From Streptosporangiaceae bacterium (GTDB lineage Bacteria; Actinomycetota; Actinomycetes; Streptosporangiales; Streptosporangiaceae): a DNA stretch of 64,000 nt. Position 1 is the first letter of the stretch; each line of letters opens with the position of its first letter. The stretch is from the NCBI GenBank assembly GCA_025934375.1, contig JAICYD010000015.1, forward strand, positions 15,073 through 79,072. The letters are read 5' to 3'. Positions 19,101-26,926 of the stretch are shown here, piece after piece. Below the pieces are notes generated by a model that did not search any database, was not told the origin of the DNA, and saw only the letters and a list, made by a program, of their open reading frames with translations. A program made the position numbers and the translations under genes.

Positions 19101-22100
19101 ACCGCGCGGACGATGACCCGTGCCTGCGAGGGGGCCGTGGAGCCGTCGGTGGCGCCGTAGGTGAGCTGGGCCGGGGGGTCGGCAGGGCTGGCGGGCGCCT
19201 TCAGGTAGACAAAGGACCCGTTGAGGCGGGCCCCAGGGGGCAGTGACTTGTTCGTCTGGTCCAGCGGGGCGACGGTGACCGGGTCGCCGGGGGCGATGAC
19301 GTCGTTGCCGAGGACGTCGACGTGGACGGTGGCGCCCGGCGGCGCGGACAGGACGTCGTCGACGGCGACCGGGGGCTGCGGCGGGCCGGGCGGCAGCACC
19401 GCGATGCTCACCTGCCCGGTCCCGGTCATCCCGTACGGGTCGGTCACCTGGTAGGTGAACGTGTCCGTCCCCGAGGAGGCGGGATAGGACTGGTAGCGGA
19501 TCGAGTTCGGGGTGACCGCCACGATGCGGCCCAGGGTCGGCGCGCCGGTGACGGCGGTGACGGTCGTCGAGTCGCCGTCGGGGTCGATGCCGTACGTCGG
19601 GATCTCGATGACCGCGACGTCCCCGGCCGTCTCGCGGGTCGTGACGGCCTGCGGGCTGGGTGCCTGGTCCGGGTTGGCCTTGGACGGGGGCGGTTCGACG
19701 GTGACGAACAGCTGGCCGGTCGCGGTGGTGCCGCTGGCGTCGGTCGCGACGTAGCTCACGGTCGTCTCCTGCTGGGTGGTGACGTTCGCCGGCGCGTCGA
19801 CCCGGACGGTGCCGCCCTGGTTGCTGGCGAACAGCCCCGCGATCGGCGGGGTGGCCTGCGGCGGGGTGGTGCCGAGGCTGAGCGCGAGCCCGGCCGAGCT
19901 GCTGTCGTTGGCCAGCACCGCGACGGCGGCGCTGTCGCCGGCCCTGATCGTGACGGAGGCGTCCTGCGTGGTGACCTGGTCGTCGCTGGTGGCCGGCTCG
20001 GCGGTGATGCTCACCGTCCCGGTCGCCGTGGCGTACCCGTTGCTGACGATGTAACTGGCGGTGCTCGCCGAGCCTGGCACCGGGTTGTCGGCGCTGATCC
20101 GCAGCCAGTGCTGGCTGACGACCGCGACGTGGATGCCGGCGTCGGTGGAGCTGGCGCTGGTGACGCCGAGGACGTAACCCTGCGGGTCGTAGTCGTTGGC
20201 CAGCACGTCCACCAGGGCGGGCTGCTGGCCGTGCAGGACCGCCAGGTCCGGGACCGGCACCGGCGGCTTGGGGGTGCCCGGCTTCGGGCTGGCCTGCACG
20301 CGGATCGTCCCGGTGGACGGGACGGTCGCGCCGAAGGCGGCCTGGTAGGTCAGGAAGTACGCGCCCGGCTGCTTGGCGGTGAAGGTGACCGTCCCGGCGT
20401 GCACGTCGGTGCTGACGGTCGCGCCCGCCGCCTGGGTCACCAGCCGGGCCGGGCCGGCGATGGTCAGGTGCGCCTGCGGGTCCGTCGGGTCGGCACCCGG
20501 GGTGTCGTTGCCGAGCGGCTTGATGGTGGCTGGCATGCCGACGATGGCCTGGGCGACGTCTGGCTCCGCCTTCGGCGACACCAGGTGCGTGCTCGTGGTG
20601 GCCAGCACGGTGACGGTGAGCGGCTTGCCCGGTTGCGGCGTGGCGGAGATGCCGTCGGTGACCGCGTAGTGGATGGTCGCGGCGCCGGTAGAGGTGACCT
20701 GGGGGGCGGTGTAGGAAATCGCTCCGCCGCTGGCGATGCCGACAGTGCCGCCGCCGCCGGCGCCGGTCACGGAGAGCGTCTGGCCGCTGGGGTCGCTGTT
20801 GTCATCGACGTACAGCGGGTCGCCGTCAGGGTCGCGCCAGTCGCCGACGACCGCGATGATCAGGTGCCCCCCGGAGGCGACGCTGAGGTCGGGGAGGTCG
20901 TAGTTGTCGCGCAGGCGCGGCGGGGAGTTCTCGCCGGCCTGCCGGGGCTGCAGGGTGACCTGCGCTGAGGCCGTGTGGCCCTTCCCGTCGTCGATGGTGT
21001 ACTCGAAGTGCGCGTTCGTGGTTAGCCCGGGCCCGACGGTAGCGAGCACGGTCTGTCCGTCGGGCGCGACGGCGACGCTGACCTGCGACTGATCCGGCGG
21101 TCCGACCTTGACCACGGCGAGCACGGCGCCCAGCGGCCCGCTGTCGTTGTCGAGCACGTGGACCACCGTGGTGCGTCCGGGGCGGACGCCCTGCGTGTCC
21201 GGCTTGGCCTGGAGCGGCGTGGCCTCCGGGCTGGCGATGGGACTGTTGCTGTCCTTGTTGTCCCGCTTGATGAACTGCTGCCACTGCGGCTGGATCCGGA
21301 TGACCTTGGAGTCAAGCAGGAAGACGTCGCCGTTGGCCGTGTCGTTCAGCACCACCTGGTTGTGGTTGACGCGGAAGACCAGGTCCGGGTTGTCCGAGCC
21401 GACGAGGAACGGCGCCACCATGGCCGGCGTCCCGGCGCAGGCCCGGACGTAGGTGGCACTCCCCCCGTTGGCCCAGGCGGCGTGCGCGCAGCCGCTGACC
21501 TGAACCGGGGCGGTCGCTGTGCCGGTGCGCCCGGAAGTGACCGTGTTCCACGTGCCGTTGGCCAGGTTGATCTGGTACAGCGCCGTTGAGGTGGCGGCGT
21601 AGGCGTACGGGCTGGCCGCGGAGGACTGCTGCAGGGCCAGGCCGGCCGGGCTGGGCAGCGGCGAGACGGGGCGGTTGCTGGCCGGCAGGTAGATCTTCCC
21701 GCTGGTGATGTCGGCGACGACGGGGACGTCCCCGATCGTCGTGACCTGAAGCTGGTCGCCACCGGGGAGGTTCAGGCTGGTGGCTTGCGCTTTGCCCCAG
21801 CTGGTGCCGTCGGCGGCGGCGGGGTATCGGCGCAGCAGCCCCCCGCCAGCGACGAGGATGTCGCTGTCACTGTCGACCGCGACGGCCGCGTTGCCGGGGA
21901 GCGTCGCCTTGTCCAGTGGCGTGGAACTAGCCGCGACGGACTGGACGCTCGCGCCGGGCGCCGTCATCGGCGCCGCGCGGAGCTTGTGGTCGGCGCCGAT
22001 GACGGCGAACGCGGCGCCGTTGAGCGCGGCCTGGGCATTGGAGGTGATCGGCGCCTGCGTGCCGTCGTCGGTGAACGCCGTCGTGGCCGGGTTGACGGAG

Positions 22101-22390
22101 TACACTTTTCCGCCGCTGTAGGTGGCGACCAGGCCGCCCGCCTGCCACACGTTCATGTCCCCGGCCGCGGTGGCCGGGACAATCGCGCCGTCCACCTGGT
22201 CGATCGGCTTGTTGAAGCGGCCGATCTGCCCGTCCGCCTTATCGGTGACCCACACGCCGCCGTCGTTGAGGCTCAGGTGCTGGACGGGGAAGCCCTGCGA
22301 GCGTGAGGCCAGCGCCGCCAGCGTGACCATGGCGACGCACAGCACTATGGGCGTGCCCAGGCGACCTGGGCGCGTGAATACGCGGCGCAC
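16139..22390 (-). CDS. Giant secreted or surface protein with Ig/cadherin-like repeats and five FN3 domains
   Basis: 2083 aa, GTG start, N-terminal signal or anchor (IVLCVAMVTLAALASRSQG).
- Repeated beta-sandwich modules carry VLxNDxDP-type motifs (VLDNDSGPLG, PLGNDTPGADP, VLANDYDPQG, VLGNDVIAPGDP, VLKNDDDPVG).
- About five FN3-like modules follow (e.g. VTLTWPAAPDGGSPVQQY, ITVSWAAGQDNGNAITGY).
- The C-terminus is a Cys-containing beta-sandwich. Confidence 0.85.
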   Translation of the reverse strand: MRRVFTRPGRLGTPIVLCVAMVTLAALASRSQGFPVQHLSLNDGGVWVTDKADGQIGRFNKPIDQVDGAIVPATAAGDMNVWQAGGLVATYSGGKVYSVNPATTAFTDDGTQAPITSNAQAALNGAAFAVIGADHKLRAAPMTAPGASVQSVAASSTPLDKATLPGNAAVAVDSDSDILVAGGGLLRRYPAAADGTSWGKAQATSLNLPGGDQLQVTTIGDVPVVADITSGKIYLPASNRPVSPLPSPAGLALQQSSAASPYAYAATSTALYQINLANGTWNTVTSGRTGTATAPVQVSGCAHAAWANGGSATYVRACAGTPAMVAPFLVGSDNPDLVFRVNHNQVVLNDTANGDVFLLDSKVIRIQPQWQQFIKRDNKDSNSPIASPEATPLQAKPDTQGVRPGRTTVVHVLDNDSGPLGAVLAVVKVGPPDQSQVSVAVAPDGQTVLATVGPGLTTNAHFEYTIDDGKGHTASAQVTLQPRQAGENSPPRLRDNYDLPDLSVASGGHLIIAVVGDWRDPDGDPLYVDDNSDPSGQTLSVTGAGGGGTVGIASGGAISYTAPQVTSTGAATIHYAVTDGISATPQPGKPLTVTVLATTSTHLVSPKAEPDVAQAIVGMPATIKPLGNDTPGADPTDPQAHLTIAGPARLVTQAAGATVSTDVHAGTVTFTAKQPGAYFLTYQAAFGATVPSTGTIRVQASPKPGTPKPPVPVPDLAVLHGQQPALVDVLANDYDPQGYVLGVTSASSTDAGIHVAVVSQHWLRISADNPVPGSASTASYIVSNGYATATGTVSITAEPATSDDQVTTQDASVTIRAGDSAAVAVLANDSSSAGLALSLGTTPPQATPPIAGLFASNQGGTVRVDAPANVTTQQETTVSYVATDASGTTATGQLFVTVEPPPSKANPDQAPSPQAVTTRETAGDVAVIEIPTYGIDPDGDSTTVTAVTGAPTLGRIVAVTPNSIRYQSYPASSGTDTFTYQVTDPYGMTGTGQVSIAVLPPGPPQPPVAVDDVLSAPPGATVHVDVLGNDVIAPGDPVTVAPLDQTNKSLPPGARLNGSFVYLKAPASPADPPAQLTYGATDGSTAPSQARVIVRAVTGAKLAPIANDDIATPASPSAATVTVNVLKNDDDPVGSASDLKLSWAPAGVTKQGPSLVIPVKANPREVPYQVTAPDGLTATAVVFVPGTATSAIRLKEGARITLPPRGSVTVPLASVLTDSFGRPLRITTTDQLISSPAGNITVTTHQDTSFQVQAQGTYAGPGAVSVQVYDGSTIQDPKGHVATLTIPVQVGVDTPVLRCPSGNGNALQVVEGGASATYNISLLCHVWTDTTIATAAPRYAAGGWTTPVTGVTATIVGNGTGLRLLAASSAKAGDRGTLRITADGAAASSGGLLSVTVVAAPPPSGRAVSLATNAGQPAFADLAQYVSSPLPQPAISIPDAPKVARASVTVSGSRLTVTPEPSFHGTLQFVVTVADEPGRVDRQIQLAVSVSVIARPGAPGPPSAKTSSHTAQVFFSPAAPNGAPVQLYTVFTDRQGHQCAASPCTISGLANGHSYDVYVTATNSAGQGAASLHGTAKPDEVPSQITGLNTTPGDQQVTLTWPAAPDGGSPVQQYLAEVSPAPASGASLQKLAPSARSVTFTGLTNGTSYSFRVQASNSLGPGPWSAAVPMTPYGKPLTMGAPTATGAAVPNPATTRAITVSWAAGQDNGNAITGYTVTPYSSGSSGGPWTAGTPAAVGGGTTSTSFTVTNDGTYYEYTVTATNAAGDSTPSPQSSPPVQGIAPPDAPATPSAADHDASTGKGYDGAIQVTFTAPNGNGGSITSVEYGLNGQSTSGTWNGPFTAGASVTQTASGLANGSNYVVYVRGCNSLACGPWSSASNQVTPYGAPGAPTNVTAASSGTTISYSWGGGAGNGRPLDHYIYCIDGANCQNSTGTTASGSYGYSSSHNVTVYAVDSAGQQSAGATSNTATTAAPPSPTVSISRGPNEPTATCTSGSGCSAVHVIGNNFTPGATLTYTCSDNHGGTWWTDTRAWGGALVKADGSGHTDFETNCVWGNNNWSLSNWTLTINVSDGSKSASGSYTG

Positions 22391-22609
22391 AGCTTGCTTA
22401 AACCCCCTGCCGGTCTGGCGATGCCAGCAGCCTCCTCAGCGAATAGTAGAGATCGCCCGGCAGGCAGGCTCGGGAAAGCGCTCATCGGGTAGCGAACGTT
22501 AGAAAAATGGGTTATCGCTGGTCAGCCGCCGCGTGTTCAAGGGCGGATTTTCTACGCCGATCGCCAAGGGTGACGGGCAAGCCACCATAGGGTCACTGAT
22601 CGAAGCTCA

Positions 22610-24469
22610 TTAGCCACAGGCAGCGCTTGAATACGGGGAGGACTGCCCGGTGCCCGCGCGCACCACACGTACCTGGATGCACACTCGCCCCGGGCCGGAT
22701 GCCGGAAGGGAGATCGGCTCGCGCGCGACGGTCCGCGGCGAGCCGGCGTCTCCGGCGCGCTTCCACTGAAAGGAGTCTCCCGTCCGGGCATTAGCGTAGG
22801 TCCACGAAAAGTGGACCTCGCCGCCGCTCACCGTCGGGGTGGCTATCGTCGGCGTCCCTGGCGGGGCACCACCGGGACCGATCGCGCTTTGGTCGGCGCC
22901 GTTGCCGAGTGCGGTGGTCGCCGGAGCCTGCGGCGGCCCGCCGCCCGCGGCGCCGTGCAGCGCCACCGCTGCGCCGACGGCGGCGACCGCCGCGACCAGC
23001 ACGCCGCCGATCACCAGGCCAGCGCGCCGCCGGGGGCCGGGCGAGACGGTCTCGTCCTCCAAGCCGGCCACGGCCGGCGGCCCCGTCCTCAAGGGCCGTC
23101 CGGGGGTGAAGCCCGGGCTGGACGTTCCGCCGAGCAAGCGCGCGTCTCCCCGCCGCATCGTGGTGTCCGGTTCGCCGGGCAGCGGCGGCAGCACCCGCTC
23201 GCGGGCCGGCGGGGGCGACCCGAAGGCGCCTTCATCCCAAGGGGCGACGCGCCGCGGGCTGCGCTGCCGGGTCACGTCGTCATCAGACGGCCGGGACGGC
23301 GGGCCAGGGAACGGCTCCTGGTACACCTCCCGGCGGGAATCGGCGAAGCCCTGGGGGTCCAGCACGCGCGGGCCACGCTGCCGGGTGACATCGTCATTCC
23401 CGCCGCGAAGCGGCCAGCCGTCGGGGTTAGCAGTGCCGGGGTTGACTGGGCCGGGGTTGACTGGGCCGGGGTCCCAGGGGCTGGGTCGCTGACCCCGCCT
23501 GGCCACGGTGGCGTCCCCGAAGCGGGCGCCATCCCCGGGCCGGGCCGGGAAGCCGTACCCGGGAGTGTGCGGCCCGGGGCCGCCGGCCTGCGGGGGGTCA
23601 TCGTCGGGGACGATCACCTGCGTGTGCGGCAGGTGCAGTTCCTGCTCGATCGCCTGGAGCTCACGGGCCAGGTCAAGCGCGCGCTGCGGGCGCGCGTCGG
23701 GGTTCTTCGCCAGCGCCTGGCGCAACAGCCGCTCCAGGCTGTCGGGGACGTCGGCTCGCCCGGTGCGCGGCGGGCTATCGGCCTGGACGCGGCGCATCAA
23801 GGCGAACGCCGTGTTGTCCCCGCCCGGCACCTCATACGGTGACCGGCCGGCCAGCAGGTGCCACAGGGTCGCGCCGAGCGAGTACACGTCAGAGCGCTCA
23901 TCGCCATCGGAGGTGCCGAACAGCACCTCCGGCGGCGACCACGGCACCGACATCCCCTCGGCCCCGCCGGCGCCCTTGGCGCTCGCGATGCCGAAGTCGG
24001 TCAGCGCCGGGGTGCCGAACTTGCCGGTCAGGATGTTGTGCGGCTTGATGTCCCGGTGCAGGATCCCGCCCCGGTGACTCGTCTCCACCGCGCCGGCGAT
24101 CTGCACGCCGACCTTCAGCACCTCGGAGACGGGGAAATGGCCGCGCCGCGCCCGCACCCCCAGGTTGGGCTGGGAGTAATACTGCATGACCAGGTACGGG
24201 CGGCCATCGGGCGCGATGTCGGCGGTGAACACCGACGCGATGTTCGGGTGATCGGCCAGCCCCGCCATGGCGTTCGCCTCGGCGGTGAACTGGCGGGCGA
24301 CCGCGTCGGTCAGCCCCGCCTCGTTGAGCACCTTCACCGCGACCTCGCGCTTGGGCCGCTGCTGCTCATACAGGAAGACCTCGGCGTTCCCGCCCGAGCC
24401 GATGTGGTGCAGGTACCGGTAGCCCGGCAGCTCAGGCGGCGGCTGCTTACGGGGTGGTCCGGCGCTCAT
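22610..24469 (-). CDS. Membrane Ser/Thr protein kinase with an FN3-like ectodomain
   Basis: Hanks kinase motifs are intact (GSGGNAEV, VAVKVL, HRDIKPHNIL, DFGIA, SPPE). A Pro-rich linker, one TM helix (LVIGGVLVAAVAAVGAAVAL) and a ~90-aa beta-rich C-terminus follow. Confidence 0.9.
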   Translation of the reverse strand: MSAGPPRKQPPPELPGYRYLHHIGSGGNAEVFLYEQQRPKREVAVKVLNEAGLTDAVARQFTAEANAMAGLADHPNIASVFTADIAPDGRPYLVMQYYSQPNLGVRARRGHFPVSEVLKVGVQIAGAVETSHRGGILHRDIKPHNILTGKFGTPALTDFGIASAKGAGGAEGMSVPWSPPEVLFGTSDGDERSDVYSLGATLWHLLAGRSPYEVPGGDNTAFALMRRVQADSPPRTGRADVPDSLERLLRQALAKNPDARPQRALDLARELQAIEQELHLPHTQVIVPDDDPPQAGGPGPHTPGYGFPARPGDGARFGDATVARRGQRPSPWDPGPVNPGPVNPGTANPDGWPLRGGNDDVTRQRGPRVLDPQGFADSRREVYQEPFPGPPSRPSDDDVTRQRSPRRVAPWDEGAFGSPPPARERVLPPLPGEPDTTMRRGDARLLGGTSSPGFTPGRPLRTGPPAVAGLEDETVSPGPRRRAGLVIGGVLVAAVAAVGAAVALHGAAGGGPPQAPATTALGNGADQSAIGPGGAPPGTPTIATPTVSGGEVHFSWTYANARTGDSFQWKRAGDAGSPRTVAREPISLPASGPGRVCIQVRVVRAGTGQSSPYSSAACG

Positions 24470-26112
24470 CCGGCGACCTCAAAGCGGAAGTAAATCCCAT
24501 CGGCCAGGGTCACCACGGTTGCGTTGGGGATGAGGACGGGCTCTTTGGGCCTGAGCCGCTCGGGCGGCCGGCCCGGGAACTCCACCAGCGTCCCGTTGGT
24601 GGACTCCAGGTCCGTCAGGAGCACGTGCCAGCCATCGAGGGTAATGGTGAGGTGGGTCCGGGAGATCTCGCCGTCGCCGCTGGGCAGCTTGACCACGTGC
24701 GGACGCTCGTCCCCGTTCAGCTCCGAGCGCGGGTTGCGGCCCATGACGACGCTGCGGTCCAACGTGATCACGTCACCGGTGGACAACCGCAGCAAGCCGA
24801 GCGCCGGGCGGGATACCAGGACCGGCTCTTGCGGTGGCAGGGGCTCGCCGCAAACCCGGCAGGCGACGCTGTTCGGCGGGCTGACATGCCCGGCCAGGCA
24901 GAGCAGGCCCTGCACGATCGGGCCGATGCGGTCGACGAGCGCCGGGACGGGGACGGCCTGGGCCAGGCTGGCGCGCCGGATGGTGTTGGTGTTCTCCGGG
25001 TTGCCTGGATCGGGCGGGGTCCCGTTGGCGCTGCCGGGGAAGGGCTCACCGCCGGGAAGGGGGCCGCTCGCGGGGAAGCTCCCGGGCGGGAGGGGCGGCG
25101 GGACCGTGATGGTGGAGATCAGCGCGCGCGGCGGGAGCGTCGCGGTCGGGTCCAGGGGCGCGGCCGGCTGGGCAGGCAGAGACGCTGGCAGGGGCGGTGG
25201 GGCGCTTTCCCAGGGGACGCGGTCGATCATGCCGCCGCCCCCGGGGCCGTCTAGCGGGACGGGCGCCGCCGGAGGGGGCGGGGCGGAAGGGGCGAGCGGC
25301 CATTCGGCGGGAGGGGCGCTTTCCGGGCCTAGGGTCCCCGGGACCGGGCCTCCCAGGACCGGGCCTGCCGGCAAAGGACTCGCCGGTACAGGGCTTCCCA
25401 GGATCTGGGCGTGCGGTTCGGGCGGCGACCCGAAGCCGGGAAACGAGGACCCGCCGGGGAAGGAGAAAAGGGAGTCGCCCCCGCTGTCGGGCCGGATCGC
25501 GGCATCCTCAACCGAGCGCATCTGAGTCGCCTCGAAGAGGAAGTCGTAACCGGGGTCACCAGCCTCGTCGCCGGCGGGGAGCACGGGAGCGGGAGCGGGA
25601 GCGGGCCAGCCGGGAGCGGGAGCGGTGACGGGCATCGGGCGAGACTGCTGGCCCGCGCCCGACAGGTCCACGATCACGGAGCTGGCCAGGAAGATCCCGG
25701 CGGACGCCGGCAGCCGCAATGAGCTCTCTGTGGCCGGCTCGCCGATCACCACGCACGTGACGCCGGCCGGCATCGGGTAATCAAGCCAGGTCGCCAGCCC
25801 GGCCCCGGTAACGCGCTGCGCGCTGCCGTCGAGGTCCTCCACGACGGCGCCGCCGCTGCCCCGGCAGATCAGGTGCCGCCGCCCGTCACCACCGCAGGCC
25901 AGCAGGGCGAAGTCCGGCATGTGCGCGAACCCGAACTGCAAGACCCCGGCGAACAGCTCTTCCAGCCGTGCTTGCGGCATTGGCCCGGCCAGGCCCATCC
26001 GCCGCCAGATCTCGGCGACGACCGCCGAATCCGGCGAGGCGTCGATCAGCACCCAGCACGAATCGCCAGCGATCGCGGTGCGGCCACCCGGTACGTAGCT
26101 GACGTCAGCCAT
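24466..26112 (-). CDS. FHA-domain protein with zinc-ribbon and an unassigned N-terminal domain
   Basis: C-terminal FHA (VVMGRNP...GEISRTHLTITLDGWHVLLTDLESTNGTLV), preceded by a CxxH...CxxC ribbon (CLAGHVSPPNSVACRVCGEPL) and a long Pro-rich linker. The start is set at ATG 26112 (MADVSYVPGG...). The longer ORF to 26385 runs inside the PP2C gene. Confidence 0.8.
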   Translation of the reverse strand: MADVSYVPGGRTAIAGDSCWVLIDASPDSAVVAEIWRRMGLAGPMPQARLEELFAGVLQFGFAHMPDFALLACGGDGRRHLICRGSGGAVVEDLDGSAQRVTGAGLATWLDYPMPAGVTCVVIGEPATESSLRLPASAGIFLASSVIVDLSGAGQQSRPMPVTAPAPGWPAPAPAPVLPAGDEAGDPGYDFLFEATQMRSVEDAAIRPDSGGDSLFSFPGGSSFPGFGSPPEPHAQILGSPVPASPLPAGPVLGGPVPGTLGPESAPPAEWPLAPSAPPPPAAPVPLDGPGGGGMIDRVPWESAPPPLPASLPAQPAAPLDPTATLPPRALISTITVPPPLPPGSFPASGPLPGGEPFPGSANGTPPDPGNPENTNTIRRASLAQAVPVPALVDRIGPIVQGLLCLAGHVSPPNSVACRVCGEPLPPQEPVLVSRPALGLLRLSTGDVITLDRSVVMGRNPRSELNGDERPHVVKLPSGDGEISRTHLTITLDGWHVLLTDLESTNGTLVEFPGRPPERLRPKEPVLIPNATVVTLADGIYFRFEVAG

Positions 26113-26926
26113 TGCCAGGCTGGCCGGGCAGCTCACCTCGTGGCAGCGTCGTGACGTCCACGCGGGTTTCGTCCAGGGCCCCGCCGGAGCCACCCAGGTC
26201 GCCGAAGCCGACGACCTCGGCCACGATGACGGTGACGTTGTCGTGGCCGCCGGCGTCCTCAGCGGCGGCGACCAGCGCGGTGGCCGCCACCTGCGGGCTG
26301 CCGGAGGCGAGGAGCACCGCGATCCGCTCGTCGGGGACCTCGGTGTACAGACCGTCGGAGCACACCAGGAACCGGTCCCCGGCATTCGCGGGCAGCAGCC
26401 AGTAGTCGGGCCGGGGGCCCGGGTCGGTGCCCAGCGCGCGGGTCACGATGTTGCGCCGTGGGTGGACGCGCGCCTGGTCGCGGGTGATCACGCCAGCCAG
26501 GACCAGTTCCTGGACCTCGGAATGGTCCACGGTGACCTGGTCAAGCCGCCCCTCGACGAGCCGGTAGACCCGGGAGTCGCCGACGTTGAAGACCATGAGG
26601 TGGTCACCGCCGCCGGTCTCCAGCAGGGCCAGCCCGGTGATCGTGGTGCCCATGCCCTTGGCGCCCTCGTACGTGACGATGGCGCGGTTGGCGGCATCCA
26701 GGGCGGCGAGCACTCCATCGGCGGTCAGCGGCCGGACCCGGGCCGCGGAGGTCAGCGTGTCGATGGCGAGCCTGCTCGCCAGGTCCCCCGCGCCATGGCC
26801 GCCCATGCCATCTGCCACCGCGAACAGCGGCGGTATGGCCAGATAGCTGTCCTCGTTCACCCGGCGGACCCGGCCCGGGGATGTCGCCGCGCTATGCCAG
26901 AACCGGGTCATGGGGTGGCAGCGCAC
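26105..26926 (-). CDS. PP2C-family Ser/Thr phosphatase
   Basis: GRVRRVNEDS...FAVADGMGGHGAG...GTTITGL...NVGDSRVY...LVCSDGL...DNVTVIV are the canonical PPM motifs. Confidence 0.9.
   Translation of the reverse strand: MRCHPMTRFWHSAATSPGRVRRVNEDSYLAIPPLFAVADGMGGHGAGDLASRLAIDTLTSAARVRPLTADGVLAALDAANRAIVTYEGAKGMGTTITGLALLETGGGDHLMVFNVGDSRVYRLVEGRLDQVTVDHSEVQELVLAGVITRDQARVHPRRNIVTRALGTDPGPRPDYWLLPANAGDRFLVCSDGLYTEVPDERIAVLLASGSPQVAATALVAAAEDAGGHDNVTVIVAEVVGFGDLGGSGGALDETRVDVTTLPRGELPGQPGNG

Noticed and set aside
22391-22609. Internal promoter for the giant-protein/MoxR/ATPase operon in the 219-bp gap after the kinase gene (e.g. TTGAAC ... GATAAC on the minus strand).
   Set aside because: The hexamers are weak matches and many alternatives exist. 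Actinobacterial promoters are too degenerate to call by eye, so I left the region unannotated.
23441-23480. 15-bp tandem duplication GCCGGGGTTGACTGG x2.3 inside the kinase gene.
   Set aside because: It simply encodes the PGPVNPGPVNPG part of the Pro-rich juxtamembrane linker on the minus strand. It is low-complexity coding sequence, not a regulatory repeat.
24466-26385. The longest ORF for the FHA protein (639 aa), starting at 26385.
   Set aside because: The first 91 codons run inside the well-supported PP2C gene in another frame and translate to Pro/Arg/Ser/Thr-rich junk. ATG 26112 gives a sensible N-terminus and an 8-bp coupled overlap with the PP2C stop.
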